Source: Salibacteraceae bacterium
GTDB lineage: Bacteria > Bacteroidota > Bacteroidia > Flavobacteriales_G > Salibacteraceae
Assembly (NCBI GenBank): GCA_038142005.1
Contig: JAYQJE010000006.1
Coordinates: forward strand, 50,945-114,944
Reading direction: 5' to 3'
DNA: 64,000 nucleotides
Shown here: positions 10,353-20,411 of the stretch, piece after piece
How the letters are laid out: each line of letters starts with the position of its first letter
How positions within the stretch are numbered: position 1 is the stretch's first letter
The notes under the pieces: generated by a model
Told to the model about the DNA's origin: nothing
What the model saw: only the letters and a program-made list of their open reading frames with translations
The model's database searches: none
Translations under genes and position numbers: made by a program

Positions 10353-10712
10353 TCAAACACTCGAATCTATCCTTTGTATGGATAGCTCAACGAGTTGCTC
10401 AACAACCCGTATTGGAATATCTTTATTTACAGGAATTGGCAAGACTTTTACCCACTTTCGGTCGCCACTTACTAAGGCCGGGTGTTCCAAAGATTTGGCA
10501 TGCGCAAACCCAATATATGGCTCTCCATTTGATTTATCCATCCACAAATAGCAAAGCATTTTACCCTTGTAATAAAAGAAGGGTAATTTATATTTCCATT
10601 CAGGTGTAATATGCTCATTTAAGCCAAGGATGAATTCTCTGAGATACAGATATACGGATCTTCTATCCTCAGGCTGATTTTCGTAAAACTGATCTAACGC
10701 TGACAAGTTCAC
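10353..10712 (-). CDS. DUF1801 (YdhG-like) domain protein
   Basis: 119-aa ORF with a pattern typical of DUF1801 proteins (…RRSVYLYLREFIL…EWKYKLPFFYYKGKMLCYL…). Confidence 0.6.
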   Translation of the reverse strand: MNLSALDQFYENQPEDRRSVYLYLREFILGLNEHITPEWKYKLPFFYYKGKMLCYLWMDKSNGEPYIGFAHAKSLEHPALVSGDRKWVKVLPIPVNKDIPIRVVEQLVELSIQRIDSSV

Positions 10713-10730
10713 TGTGGCAAGTTGACTCGA

Positions 10731-11828
10731 TTATACGTTGAACCTAAAGTGCATTATGTCCCCATCTTTTACCACATACTCTTTCCCCTCAATATGAAGT
10801 TTGCCAGCTTCTTTCGCTGCTGCCTCTGACTTTAACTCCACATAATCGTTGTACCCAATAACCTCAGCTCTGATAAATCCTTTTTCAAAATCCGTATGAA
10901 TTACTCCAGCTGCTTGTGGAGCTTTCATTCCATCTTGTATTGTCCAAGCTCTCACCTCCTTCTCACCAGCGGTGAAGTATGTTCGCAATTTCAATAGATC
11001 ATAAGCACTCTTTATGAGTCTATTAACCCCAGGTGATTCTAAACCAAGATCGTCAAGAAACATCTGGCGTTCATCATATGTCTCCAGTGATGCGATGTCA
11101 GCTTCTATTCCAACCCCGAGTATAAGCACCTGCGCATTTTCATCAGCAACTGTTTCCTCAACCGCTTTGGTATGTTCATTACCAGTGGTGACAGAGCCCT
11201 CATCTACATTGCACACATACATCACCGGTTTATCCGTAAGTAGATATAAATCATGAACTAACTCACGCTCCTTTTCATCAACGGGAGCTGATCTTGCTGA
11301 TTTACCCTCTTCAAGATGCACTCGATATTTCTCAAATATGTCGAACTGCTTTTTTGCCTCCTTTTCCCCTACAGCCGCTTGCTTTTTTACCTTATCTATT
11401 CGTTTAGATAAGGTTTCTAAGTCCTTCAACTGCAGCTCCATATCAATGACTTCTTTGTCACGAACTGGATCTACAGAACCATCCACGTGCACTACATTTC
11501 CATCTTCAAAACAGCGCAATACATGAATGATAGCATCACACTCACGAATGTTTCCTAAAAACTGATTACCGAGCCCTTCACCCTTACTGGCGCCCTTCAC
11601 CAAACCTGCTATATCAACAATTTCAATAGTTGTAGGCACCGTTCGTTGTGGCTTCACCAAATTTTCGAGGGCTTTGAGTCGCTCATCTGGAACAGTAATG
11701 GTACCTACGTTGGGCTCTATAGTACAGAATGGAAAATTTGCTGCCTGCGCCTTGGCGTTGCTTAAACAATTAAAAAGTGTTGACTTGCCCACATTTGGCA
11801 GTCCAACAATCCCGCATTTTAAACCCAT
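10731..11828 (-). CDS. ychF: Redox-regulated ATPase YchF
   Basis: 365 aa. N-terminus MGLKCGIVGLPNVGKSTLFN, and C-terminal TGS-like GFIRAEV…DGDIMHFRFNV. Confidence 0.95.
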   Translation of the reverse strand: MGLKCGIVGLPNVGKSTLFNCLSNAKAQAANFPFCTIEPNVGTITVPDERLKALENLVKPQRTVPTTIEIVDIAGLVKGASKGEGLGNQFLGNIRECDAIIHVLRCFEDGNVVHVDGSVDPVRDKEVIDMELQLKDLETLSKRIDKVKKQAAVGEKEAKKQFDIFEKYRVHLEEGKSARSAPVDEKERELVHDLYLLTDKPVMYVCNVDEGSVTTGNEHTKAVEETVADENAQVLILGVGIEADIASLETYDERQMFLDDLGLESPGVNRLIKSAYDLLKLRTYFTAGEKEVRAWTIQDGMKAPQAAGVIHTDFEKGFIRAEVIGYNDYVELKSEAAAKEAGKLHIEGKEYVVKDGDIMHFRFNV

Positions 11829-11859
11829 ATGGCTGTTAATAAAATTTCGGCAAATGTAG

Positions 11860-12159
11860 CTACCGTAAATGCACCTCTTTGACTAAGTCTTGGCCAATGT
11901 GTTCGTTAACATTTCGCATCAATTGCTCACGTTGATAATGAAGCTCTTGCCTCAAAGCGGCAGAGTTCAGTCTGATGATAAGCTTACTTCCTTTGAGTAG
12001 AATTTCATCCGTTCGCTCAGCTATTACGGGGCCTGCTATTTTAGCCCAGTCACTTTGAATGCTTAGCTCTGTAAGTCCGCTTCGCAGCTTATATATATCA
12101 AGCATACGATCGATCACTCCTCCAAGGGTCTCCTGATTAGATTTTCTCTGCTTAGCCAT
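11860..12159 (-). CDS. DUF721 domain protein (recF-associated)
   Basis: 99-aa ORF immediately downstream of recF, overlapping it by 8 bp. This is the typical DUF721 position, and the sequence contains W..I.G..IA..T. Confidence 0.75.
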   Translation of the reverse strand: MAKQRKSNQETLGGVIDRMLDIYKLRSGLTELSIQSDWAKIAGPVIAERTDEILLKGSKLIIRLNSAALRQELHYQREQLMRNVNEHIGQDLVKEVHLR

Positions 12160-13265
12160 TGTCCACCTCTTTTATTTGGCCGCTTGATACTTCAAACTTT
12201 TTTATTGGCACCTTTTGATTTTCAAACAATTCTGGAACTCGGTGTAAGTTGGCGTCTGTAATAAATATTTGACCGAAGTGGTCGTCTGCAACCATCTCCA
12301 TGAGTGCTGCAACGCGGTGGTCATCGAGCTTATCAAAAATGTCATCTAAGAGCAAAATGGGCTTTTTACTCTTAAGGTCTTTTAAGTAGTCAAACTGAGC
12401 CAATCGCATGGCAATTACAAAACTCTTTTGCTGACCCTGCGAGCCAAATTTTTTAAGTGGATGGTCTCCAATCATAAACTGCAAGTCATCCTTATGAATA
12501 CCCTTGGTAGTAAACTGGGCTCGTAAGTCGTTTTGCCTTGTCATGTTGAGCCATTCACTTAAGGGTTTCTCATGTAAGTAGCTTTCATATTGAAGGCTAA
12601 CTTGCTCTGCATCAGCGGAAATATTCTTGTAGAAGCTGGAAAATATTGGCAAATATCCTTCTAAGAACCGTTTTCGTTCATTGTGTATATCGGTTCCAAA
12701 AGCATGCAATTGCTCATCAAATACATCGAATGCAGTAGCATCGAGCTTTCTTCCTTCAGCCCAAAAATGCTTAAGCATCGCATTTCTCTGTGCCAGGGTT
12801 CGATTATACTGAAGAAGTGTTTCAAGGTAGCCTCGATTATACTGGGCAATAATCCCATCCATCAGCTTCCTGCGCTTATCGCTGCCTTCTCTTATTAAGT
12901 GTGTGTCGGCTGGCGCAATCATAACTAATGGAATTGTTCCAATATGATCTGCGAGACGCTCATACTCTTTTGATTCTTCTTAAATCGTTTCTTCTCTCCG
13001 CGTTTTAATCCGCAATAGACTCGAATTTCTTCCTCATTGTTCTCAAAGTTGGCATCGAGCATGAAAAAGTCTTGGTCATGCTTGATATTTTGTGAGTCTA
13101 TGGGATTAAAAAAACTTTACAGAACGATAGATAATAGAGCGCATCTAACACTGTAGTCTTACCAGCTCCATTATTGCCTAAGAAGCAATTTACCTTTGGT
13201 GATAAGGTGATTTTAGCCTCATCGATGTTTTTAAATTGAAGAATCTGTAAATCTTTCAGAAACAT
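12152..13265 (-). CDS. recF: DNA replication/repair protein RecF, interrupted by two frameshifts in this assembly
   Basis: Manual translation from ATG 13265 gives MFLKDLQILQFKNIDEAKITLSPKVNCFLGNNGAGKTTVLDALYYLSFCK (Walker A). The frame breaks near 13114-13117 and near 12968-12971, both in homopolymers. ORF 12152-12922 supplies the remainder (…LLLDDIFDKLD…). Confidence 0.9.
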
Positions 13266-13343
13266 ATTCAAAGGTAGTATTCACGGCTCGGTGGCTGTAT
13301 CAAAAATATATTTGCAGCCTTAAAAATCTAAGCAGTTACTAGC

Positions 13344-14027
13344 ATGGCTAAAGACAAAGAAGAAGAGATAATTGTTGATGTAGAGCAGGTTTACTCTAAA
13401 AGTGAGCAGTGGGTTATCGAAAATCAAAAAGGTTCTCTCCATTGCTGTTGGAGCGGTTATCGCAATCATTGGTGGATACTTCGTTCTTAACAACTTCATT
13501 ATTGCCCCTCAAGAAGTTGAGGCTAAAGAGTATATGTGGCAAGCACAGCAAGCTTTTGCTAAAGACAGCTTTGAGCTTGCAATTTATGGAGATGAATCAA
13601 CCGTGGGCTTGGATTACATAATCGATGAATACGGCATGACTAAGGCAGCAAACCTTGCTCACTATTACGTTGGCGTATCACATCTTCATTTAGGCAATTT
13701 TGAGGAAGCTTCAGAATATTTGAGTTCATATAGTTGTGATGACGTTTTGGTTTGTGCCGTAGCTTATGGCGCCAATGGTGACGCACACCTTGAGCTTGGT
13801 GAGTATAGTGATGCATTAAGCTTATACAAGCGTGCTGTAGACCATAGTGATAATGAGCTGACTACTCCGATCTATTTGAAAAAGCAGGTTATGCGAGTGA
13901 GTTACTCGGAGACTATGCTGGTGCGAAGTCATTCTATGAGCGCATTGAAAAAGAATTTCCAAGATCACAAGAAGCGGGCGATATTCAAAAGTATATCGCG
14001 CGAGTAGATGGAATGTCAGCGAATTAA
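13344..14027 (+). CDS. Membrane-anchored tetratricopeptide-repeat protein (YfgM-like), two frameshifts
   Basis: ATG 13344 gives MAKDKEEEIIVDVEQVYSKSEQWVIENQK. The frame slips at an A5 run (~13425) into ORF 13402-14007 (TM segment plus TPR). It slips again at an A5 run (~13876) to give …AGYASELLGDYAGAKSFYERIEKEFPRSQEAGDIQKYIARVDGMSAN, with the stop at ~14027. Confidence 0.7.
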
Positions 14028-14029
14028 AC

Positions 14030-14512
14030 GTGGCTACATCGAATAAGAATCTCAATGACGTTGGTCCACTTCCCAAGATAAATCCCGAGTGGGAATTTGC
14101 TATTGTTAAGTCTACCTGGAATTCAGAAATCACAGATGGTCTGTTGAATGGAGCCTTGACTTTACTTACAGAAGTAGGGGTGCCCTCCGCGCAAATTCAC
14201 CAATTAGAAGTGCCTGGAAGCTTTGAGCTGCCGCTGGGCGCTCAATGGGCTATCGATCGGTTTAGGGTGGATGCAGTGATTTGTCTAGGCTCTGTTATTC
14301 GTGGGGAAACATCACATTTCGATTATGTATGTTCTGCAGTGAGCGCAGGAATTAAAGACCTTAACGTCAAACACAATCTACCTGTAATTTTCGGAGTGCT
14401 TACTGATGATAACATTGAGCAAAGCCGAGCTCGCAGTGGCGGTGAACATGGCAATAAAGGAACCGAAGCAGCCGCCACAGCCATACACATGCTAGCCTTA
14501 GAGAGTGCATGA
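14030..14512 (+). CDS. ribH: 6,7-dimethyl-8-ribityllumazine synthase
   Basis: 160-aa ORF with W.IAIVKS.WN, VPGSFELP, and the HFDYVC…G motif. Confidence 0.92.
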   Translation: MATSNKNLNDVGPLPKINPEWEFAIVKSTWNSEITDGLLNGALTLLTEVGVPSAQIHQLEVPGSFELPLGAQWAIDRFRVDAVICLGSVIRGETSHFDYVCSAVSAGIKDLNVKHNLPVIFGVLTDDNIEQSRARSGGEHGNKGTEAAATAIHMLALESA

Positions 14513-14525
14513 AGTCATAATCCAA

Positions 14526-14930
14526 ATGGATCGACTGACCTTTCTTTTGAAAAGTATAAAGCCAAATAAACTTTTGATTTTTTCTACCGTTGGGGCGATC
14601 ATATCCTCGGTTATAACTGGGTTGCTGCTTGTTCCACTGTCTGATCAACTCGGTATTCAAAAAACACATTTAACCCTGCTGGCGATCATACCAATTGGTT
14701 TCGTTTTCTTCAACTTGATCAACATTGTTTTTATAGCATTGAGCACTATAAAAGCCATTGTTTCAATCGCAATCTTAAACATTGCTTATTGTGTTTTAAG
14801 TGTATTGCTATTGCTTCAAAATAGCCATTCTATCACGGGTCTAGCAATCACATATTTCGTGCTTGAAATTTGCCTTGTTTTAACTTTGGCTTTTGTAGAG
14901 TTTGGAGTATCAAGATATAGCTCAAATTAA
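14526..14930 (+). CDS. Integral membrane protein, unknown function
   Basis: ORF 14505-14930 has four predicted hydrophobic helices. The likely start is Met at 14526, after the ribH stop. Confidence 0.5.
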   Translation: MDRLTFLLKSIKPNKLLIFSTVGAIISSVITGLLLVPLSDQLGIQKTHLTLLAIIPIGFVFFNLINIVFIALSTIKAIVSIAILNIAYCVLSVLLLLQNSHSITGLAITYFVLEICLVLTLAFVEFGVSRYSSN

Positions 14931-14931
14931 T

Positions 14932-16103
14932 ATGTCGTTTTCATCGCATTTAGCTCAGACCAGCCCCTACCCTCTGGGTTTAGAAATTGTAGAGGCTGAA
15001 GGCTGCTATCTCTATGATAAGTCTGGTAAGCGGTATTTGGATCTTATTTCTGGTTTGGCCGTATCCAATGTTGGCCACTGTCATCCGGAAGTAGTGAGCG
15101 CAATCAAAGCACAGGCAGACCGATTCTTACACCTGATTCCTTATGGTGAAATAAGCCAAGCGCCACAAAACTTGCTGGCAGAGAAGCTCGCGACCATCTT
15201 ACCGCATTCGCTCAACAGCAGCTACTTCGTAAATTCTGGAACAGAAGCTAATGAGGCTGCACTCAAACTAGCGAAACGCGCAACCGGCAGGCACGAAGTC
15301 GTTGCAATCAAAGGAAGTTATCATGGTGCCACCCATGGTTCACTCAGCGTTACAGGCAACGAGACTAAAAAACGTGCCTTTCGCCCATTTGTGCCAGGAA
15401 GCTCATTTATTGAATTGAACAATCTAGAGCAATTGGAATTGATTAACGAGCGCACCGCAGCAGTAATTATTGAGCCGATAATGGGTGATGCGGGGTAAGA
15501 ATTCCAGATGAGAGTTACATAAAAGCCTTGCGAAAGCGATGTGATGAAACTGGCACACTACTGATCTTTGATGAAATTCAAACCGGTTTTGGAAGAACGG
15601 GAAAGATGTTTGCCTTTGAGCATTTTAATGTAGTTCCGGATATCCTCACCATTGCCAAAGCTTTTGGCGGAGGAATGCCGATTGGGGCATTTGTATCGTC
15701 AATAGAAAACATGAGTCAACTGACTCACAGCCCAATGCTTGGCCACATCACAACTTTTGGTGGCAATCCTGTTTGCTGTGCTGCTGCGTTAGCTAATATC
15801 AATGTTTTACTGCGTGAGCCTTGGATTGAAGATGTGGATAAAAAAGGTAAACTGTTTAAAGAAAGACTAGATCATAAGGCTGTAGTTGAATTCCGTCAGA
15901 TAGGCTTGATGATGGCTGTAGAGCTTGCCTCAGAAGCACAGGTAAGTCGTGTGATTCAGTCGCTTCTGGAGAAAGGAGTTATTGGCTTCTATTTTTTGAG
16001 TTGTAGAAACGCGTTTAGACTGGCACCACCATTGTGCATCACATTGGATCAAATTGACTTTGCTTGTGATTGTATTGCTGAAGCATTAGATGCCTTGGAT
16101 TAA
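14932..16103 (+). CDS. Class-III PLP-dependent aminotransferase (ArgD/RocD-like), one frameshift
   Basis: ORFs 14902-15498 and 15528-16103 are two halves of one gene. Adding one G near 15493 gives …[46 protein letters not shown]…TIAKAFGGG. The likely true start is ATG 14932. Confidence 0.88.
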
Positions 16104-16640
16104 ATCCTGAAGGCAATTTTTCCACCAATCCAAAAATCTACTTCAACCAAAGTATCCACTGGGTCATAAACTGATGGATAATTGGGCGAGGCTCCCTTTA
16201 CCTCACCTGAGGCCAGACTATTAAGCGCTCTATCTGCAATGAGCAAATTGAATGTAGGTCCAATCATTAATGATGGCCTCTTCTGTCCTAATTTTATGTT
16301 CATTAAAGGGTCAAAATGAGGGTTTAATAATAGGTGGTTGTTAGGACCTGCAACGTGCATAAATGAGCGTGCCTTTAATTCTAGATTATAATTTACTCGC
16401 TTTTTTGCTTGGCCCAACTGTGTTCCAATACCATAGGAGTAGCTCCACATACTTAAGCCAGTGTATGAACCGTAGCCAACTTCAAGTATGTTATAAAACC
16501 TTCGGTTACCCGTTCGGAAACTTAGGTTATATGGGTGTATCTCATCGGTATGAAACTCAAGTGACTTCATTCCTTTTTTTGAGAATGATAAAAAGCCAAG
16601 ACTTAATTCTGATGAATCACCTATTGTGGGTGCTTCTCAA
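16100..16640 (-). pseudogene. C-terminal fragment of a beta-barrel-like protein lacking its N-terminus
   Basis: ORF 16100-16570 stays open upstream to ~16640 (APTIGDSSELSLGFLSFSKKG…) with no signal peptide or start. Alternating-residue beta-strand character ends in …[11 protein letters not shown]. It abuts the truncated sigma-factor stub. Confidence 0.45.
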
Positions 16641-16832
16641 TAAATAACTCTGCATAGAACCATCAACGATGATTGAATCGCGCTTGTCCCAAATAGAAAC
16701 GAAAAGACTTTGTACTATATCTGCCGCTTCATCTATATTACCTACCATTTTATTGGCATATCCAACCAGCGGGGCATAATGCCTCCTGAATATGACCTCA
16801 AACTCACGCTTATCATTAAATATAGATGACAC
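16617..16832 (-). pseudogene. ECF (sigma-70 family) sigma factor, N-terminal region-2 stub only
   Basis: The 71-aa ORF FEVIFRRHYAPLVGYANKMVGNIDEAADIVQSLFVSIWDKRDS…YLLRSTHNR matches sigma-70 region 2 and then hits a stop. No frame downstream encodes the rest of region 2 or any of region 4. Confidence 0.6.
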
Positions 16833-17055
16833 TTGTGGCAGTGTTTATTAATTGTTGGCTATTGGCATTTTTACTTTGAAAGTCCTAAATGGAATTGTTA
16901 ATTCAAATCAAAAGCCAATAGACGATTCCATGTCTAGTTTGTGAACACAAAGTCATTCGCTGCAATTGAATGGCAATTGGTGCAATAATTATTCAGCAAT
17001 TCAGGCCCGCGTTGTTGAACTCCACTATTGTCTCTAAGGATATAGCCTTTGCGGT

Positions 17056-17538
17056 TTAGTAAAACCACTCCCAATCATTACTCGTTGGCGCCTCTCCCTT
17101 TTCAAGCTTGAGCATACCAACATATTCGTCATCTACCGCTGAGCCCTGAACAGCACTATGTTTTACAATCATAGTTCCGGGTTCATACTGTCCATTTACC
17201 AACACCAACTCCTGATTGGCATAAACGCTTCTTACAGAAAAACTATCATTTCCTAGGTGTGCAAATCCGAGCAAACTATCAGGCCCAGTGATAATATCTA
17301 CTAGAATCCAGTTTCGCCAGTTTTCAAACGATAGGCATGATTCATCAGACAGAGCGGCTTCAGGATTATAGTTGACGGCTGCCGAGTCAATACAACCCTT
17401 GATGTAATTACAACTTCCATTGTCATAATTGGCTTCACTTGAGTAATTTCTTGCCAACTCGTCTGTGCAACCTTCTTTGCGGCATGACACAAAACCAACT
17501 AAACATACACTGAGCGAATAAATAAGCAATCGATTCAT
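17056..17538 (-). CDS. Lipoprotein with two Cys-bounded N-terminal repeats and a cytochrome-P460-like C-terminal fold without a haem motif
   Basis: Met 17538 gives MNRLLIYSLSVCLVGFVSC (lipobox). Repeats are CTDELARNYSSEANYDNGSC and CIDSAAVNYNPEAALSDESC. The C-terminal pattern VYAN…G.YEPGTMIVKH…DWEWF has no CxxCH. Confidence 0.6.
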   Translation of the reverse strand: MNRLLIYSLSVCLVGFVSCRKEGCTDELARNYSSEANYDNGSCNYIKGCIDSAAVNYNPEAALSDESCLSFENWRNWILVDIITGPDSLLGFAHLGNDSFSVRSVYANQELVLVNGQYEPGTMIVKHSAVQGSAVDDEYVGMLKLEKGEAPTSNDWEWFY

Positions 17539-17633
17539 TTTGTGAAAGTATAATGTTGTGCTTAAAGTTGAAGCTTTCAGCAATAATCAATTGGGCTTTT
17601 GCTTCTAAAAAGAATTAAGCCGACCTTTATAAT

Positions 17634-18254
17634 GTGATTCTAAGAATACATCCCGATAACCCACAACCCCGTGAACTGCAGAAAGTGGTTGATATATTGA
17701 AAGGTGGTGGGGTAATTATATATCCGACAGACACGGTTTATGGTCTGGGTTGCGATATCACCAACAAAAAAGCGGTAGAGCGCATTGCAAAGCTTAAAGG
17801 GTTAAAACCAGAAAAGGCGAATTTATCCATCATTTGCTATGATTTGAGCCACATCTCAGACTACGCAAAGCTGAGTGATAATCGCGTGTTTAAGATTATG
17901 AAAAGTGCGCTGCCTGGACCATTCACCTTCATTTTAGAGGCAAGCAACAACCTTCCCAAAGTCTTTACTAATAAAAAGAAGACCATTGGCATTAGGGTTC
18001 CTGATCATAATATTCCGAGAGAACTGGTAAGGCTACTTGGCAACCCTATCGTAACGACTTCTATACGTGATGAAGATGATATCATTGAGTATAGCACTGA
18101 CCCATCGTTGATCTATGAAAAGTTTGAGCATTTGGTTGACTGTGTGATTGATGGCGGGTATGGAAATCAAATTCCTTCGACCATCGTTAGCTGTTTGGAT
18201 GGCGATTTAGAAATTGTCCGGGAAGGGCTTGGTGATGTTAATATGCTTGAATAA
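17634..18254 (+). CDS. tsaC: L-threonylcarbamoyladenylate synthase (TsaC/YrdC family)
   Basis: 206-aa ORF with GGVIIYPTDTVYGLGCD and PGPFTFIL motifs. GTG start. Confidence 0.9.
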   Translation: MILRIHPDNPQPRELQKVVDILKGGGVIIYPTDTVYGLGCDITNKKAVERIAKLKGLKPEKANLSIICYDLSHISDYAKLSDNRVFKIMKSALPGPFTFILEASNNLPKVFTNKKKTIGIRVPDHNIPRELVRLLGNPIVTTSIRDEDDIIEYSTDPSLIYEKFEHLVDCVIDGGYGNQIPSTIVSCLDGDLEIVREGLGDVNMLE

Positions 18255-18305
18255 TTCTTGAAAACATTCCGGAGCTATCGCATGTTTGCCCTTTAGATTC
18301 GTGCT

Positions 18306-19076
18306 ATGATTACAATTATTTCTCCTGCCAAGACCCTTGACTTCGAGTCGGAATATGAAGTCGATAACCTTACAAATCCAGATGATCTGGAAGTTTCAAA
18401 ACGTGTGATTAAAAAACTCCGAACATTGAGTAAAAAGAAGCTCGGTGCACTCATGAATATTAATCATGATTTGGTGGAAGTGAATACGATGAGGTATCAA
18501 GAATGGACCACAAACTTGAATAATGCGCAAACGCAGCCTGCCCTACTTGCTTTCAATGGAGAGGTTTATCGTGGGTTAGATGCAAAATCCTTTAGTGATA
18601 CTGATCTTAAATATGCACAAGAGCATTTGCGAATTCTAAGCGGCTTGCACGGCATTCTTAGGCCGCTAGACCGGTTGCAAGCATATCGCTTGGAAATGGG
18701 AACATCAATTCCTGTAGGCAGAAAGAAAAATCTGTATGATCTGTGGCGAGATAGAGTGACTGAGCGCCTTAACCAACAACTCAAGGTCTTAGGCACAGAT
18801 TGTATAATCAACTTAGCCTCAACTGAGTATAGCAAAGTGGTCGATTTCAAAAGAATTGATGGCCAAGTAATCATACCGGTATTTAAAGACTTGAAAAATG
18901 GAGAGTACAAGGTGGTCATGACATGGGCTAAATCGGCTCGAGGCAAGATGGCAAGCTATATTATTCGCAATCGTATAGAGAAGCCTGAGGACTTGAAAGG
19001 TTTTGAGGAGTACTCCTATAATGATCGATTAAGCACAGAAAATGAGTGGGTATTCACACGAGAGGGATATCCATGA
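18306..19076 (+). CDS. yaaA: Peroxide stress protein YaaA (DUF328)
   Basis: 256 aa. MITIISPAKTLDF…, Y.G.VY.GLD, LRILSGLHGILRPLD…YRLEMG. Confidence 0.92.
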   Translation: MITIISPAKTLDFESEYEVDNLTNPDDLEVSKRVIKKLRTLSKKKLGALMNINHDLVEVNTMRYQEWTTNLNNAQTQPALLAFNGEVYRGLDAKSFSDTDLKYAQEHLRILSGLHGILRPLDRLQAYRLEMGTSIPVGRKKNLYDLWRDRVTERLNQQLKVLGTDCIINLASTEYSKVVDFKRIDGQVIIPVFKDLKNGEYKVVMTWAKSARGKMASYIIRNRIEKPEDLKGFEEYSYNDRLSTENEWVFTREGYP

Positions 19077-19140
19077 AATTTAGTTGATATGTTCTCTAGT
19101 GTGGGCTAATTAAACTCACTAAATAGCTCAAATTTGTCGC

Positions 19141-20365
19141 ATGACGTTTAACTACATCTGGATAGGGTTCTTTCTCGTAGCCTTCGTTGTGGCCCTCTTC
19201 AAACTGCTTTTTTTTTGGTGATACACAAGTTTTTGGAACCATGGTGCAAAGCACCTTTGATATGGCCAAAATCAGTGTTGATATAAGCTTCTATCTGATT
19301 GGAGTTATTGCTTTATGGCAAGGAATAATGAAAATTGGCGAAGATGGTGGAGCGGTTCGGCTTTTAACCAGGTTGGTTTCACCATTCTTTAACCGGCTTT
19401 TTCCCGAGCTACCGAAAGACCATCCTGCATCTGGATCCATGATGATGAATTTCAGCGCTAATATGCTCGGCTTAGATAATGCTGCTACTCCGCTTGGGTT
19501 AAAGGCCATGCAGGAATTGCAAGAGGTTAACCCTAACAAAGATGAGATCTCTAATCCTATGATTATGTTTTTGGTATTGAACACTTCAGGCCTTACAGTA
19601 GTGCCCGTAAGTGTAATGGCCATTAGAGCTGCTGGTGGAGCAGCGAATCCATCGGATGTCTTCTTGCCTATCTTACTCGCAACATATTTTGCAAGCCTAG
19701 CAGGACTTCTATTTGTTTCCTTTAAGCAGCGAATCAACTTGTTTCAGCCTGTGTTACTCAGCTGGATCGTTGGGGTTACGCTTACGCTGCTTGGGGCTAT
19801 ATATTGGCTGACACAAATGCCACAAGAACAAGTAGCGCAAATATCAAATGTGTTTGGCAACGGACTGATTTTATTAATCATTATCTCCTTTATCTTAATG
19901 GCATTAAGGCAAAAGGTCAATGTATATGAGTCTTTTATCAATGGAGCGAAGGATGGTTTTAGCGTTGCTGTTAAAATCATTCCTTACCTCGTAGCAATGC
20001 TTGTAGCAATCGGTTTATTACGCACAAGCGGAGCACTTGATGACGCCCTACAAGGTATTGCGGCTCTATTCCAGCTTCCAAGCGATTTAGTGAATGCATT
20101 GCCAACAGCACTTATGAAACCACTGAGCGGAAGTGGAGCTAGGGGAATGATGGTTGAAGCCATGGAAACATACGGAGCAGATTCATTCACAGGTCGATTA
20201 GCCAGTGTATTCCAAGGCTCTACGGAGACTACGTTTTATACGCTTGCAGTGTACCTCGGTTCTGTTGGAATTAGAAAATCTCGATATGCCTTAGGCGCAG
20301 GATTGTTTGCTGATTTTGCAGGAATAATCGCGGCTATTGTAGTGGCTTATATCTTCTTTGGATAG
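19141..20365 (+). CDS. Nucleoside-recognition (SpmA/SpmB-like) membrane protein, frameshift in a T9 run
   Basis: ATG 19141 gives MTFNYIWIGFFLVAFVVALFKLLFF. A T9 run (19203-19211) shifts the frame into ORF 19187-20365. Removing one T gives …KLLFFGDTQVFGTMV…. Confidence 0.85.
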
Positions 20366-20411
20366 AAGCATTGAACTCGGCTCAATGGTTAAAGCTAATG
20401 TTTGAATTAGA

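Noticed and set aside
16833-17055. Possible structured RNA in the 223-bp gap (CTATTGGC … GCCAATAG complementarity ~50 nt apart)
   Set aside because: There is only one 8-bp long-range pairing, no terminator and no recognisable riboswitch core. It is more simply a promoter/terminator spacer upstream of the decayed sigma gene.
19291-20190. Three minus-strand ORFs (19291-19737, 19744-19980, 19984-20190)
   Set aside because: They are antisense to the SpmA/SpmB-like membrane protein gene, whose hydrophobic helices are conserved in type. I treat them as artefacts.
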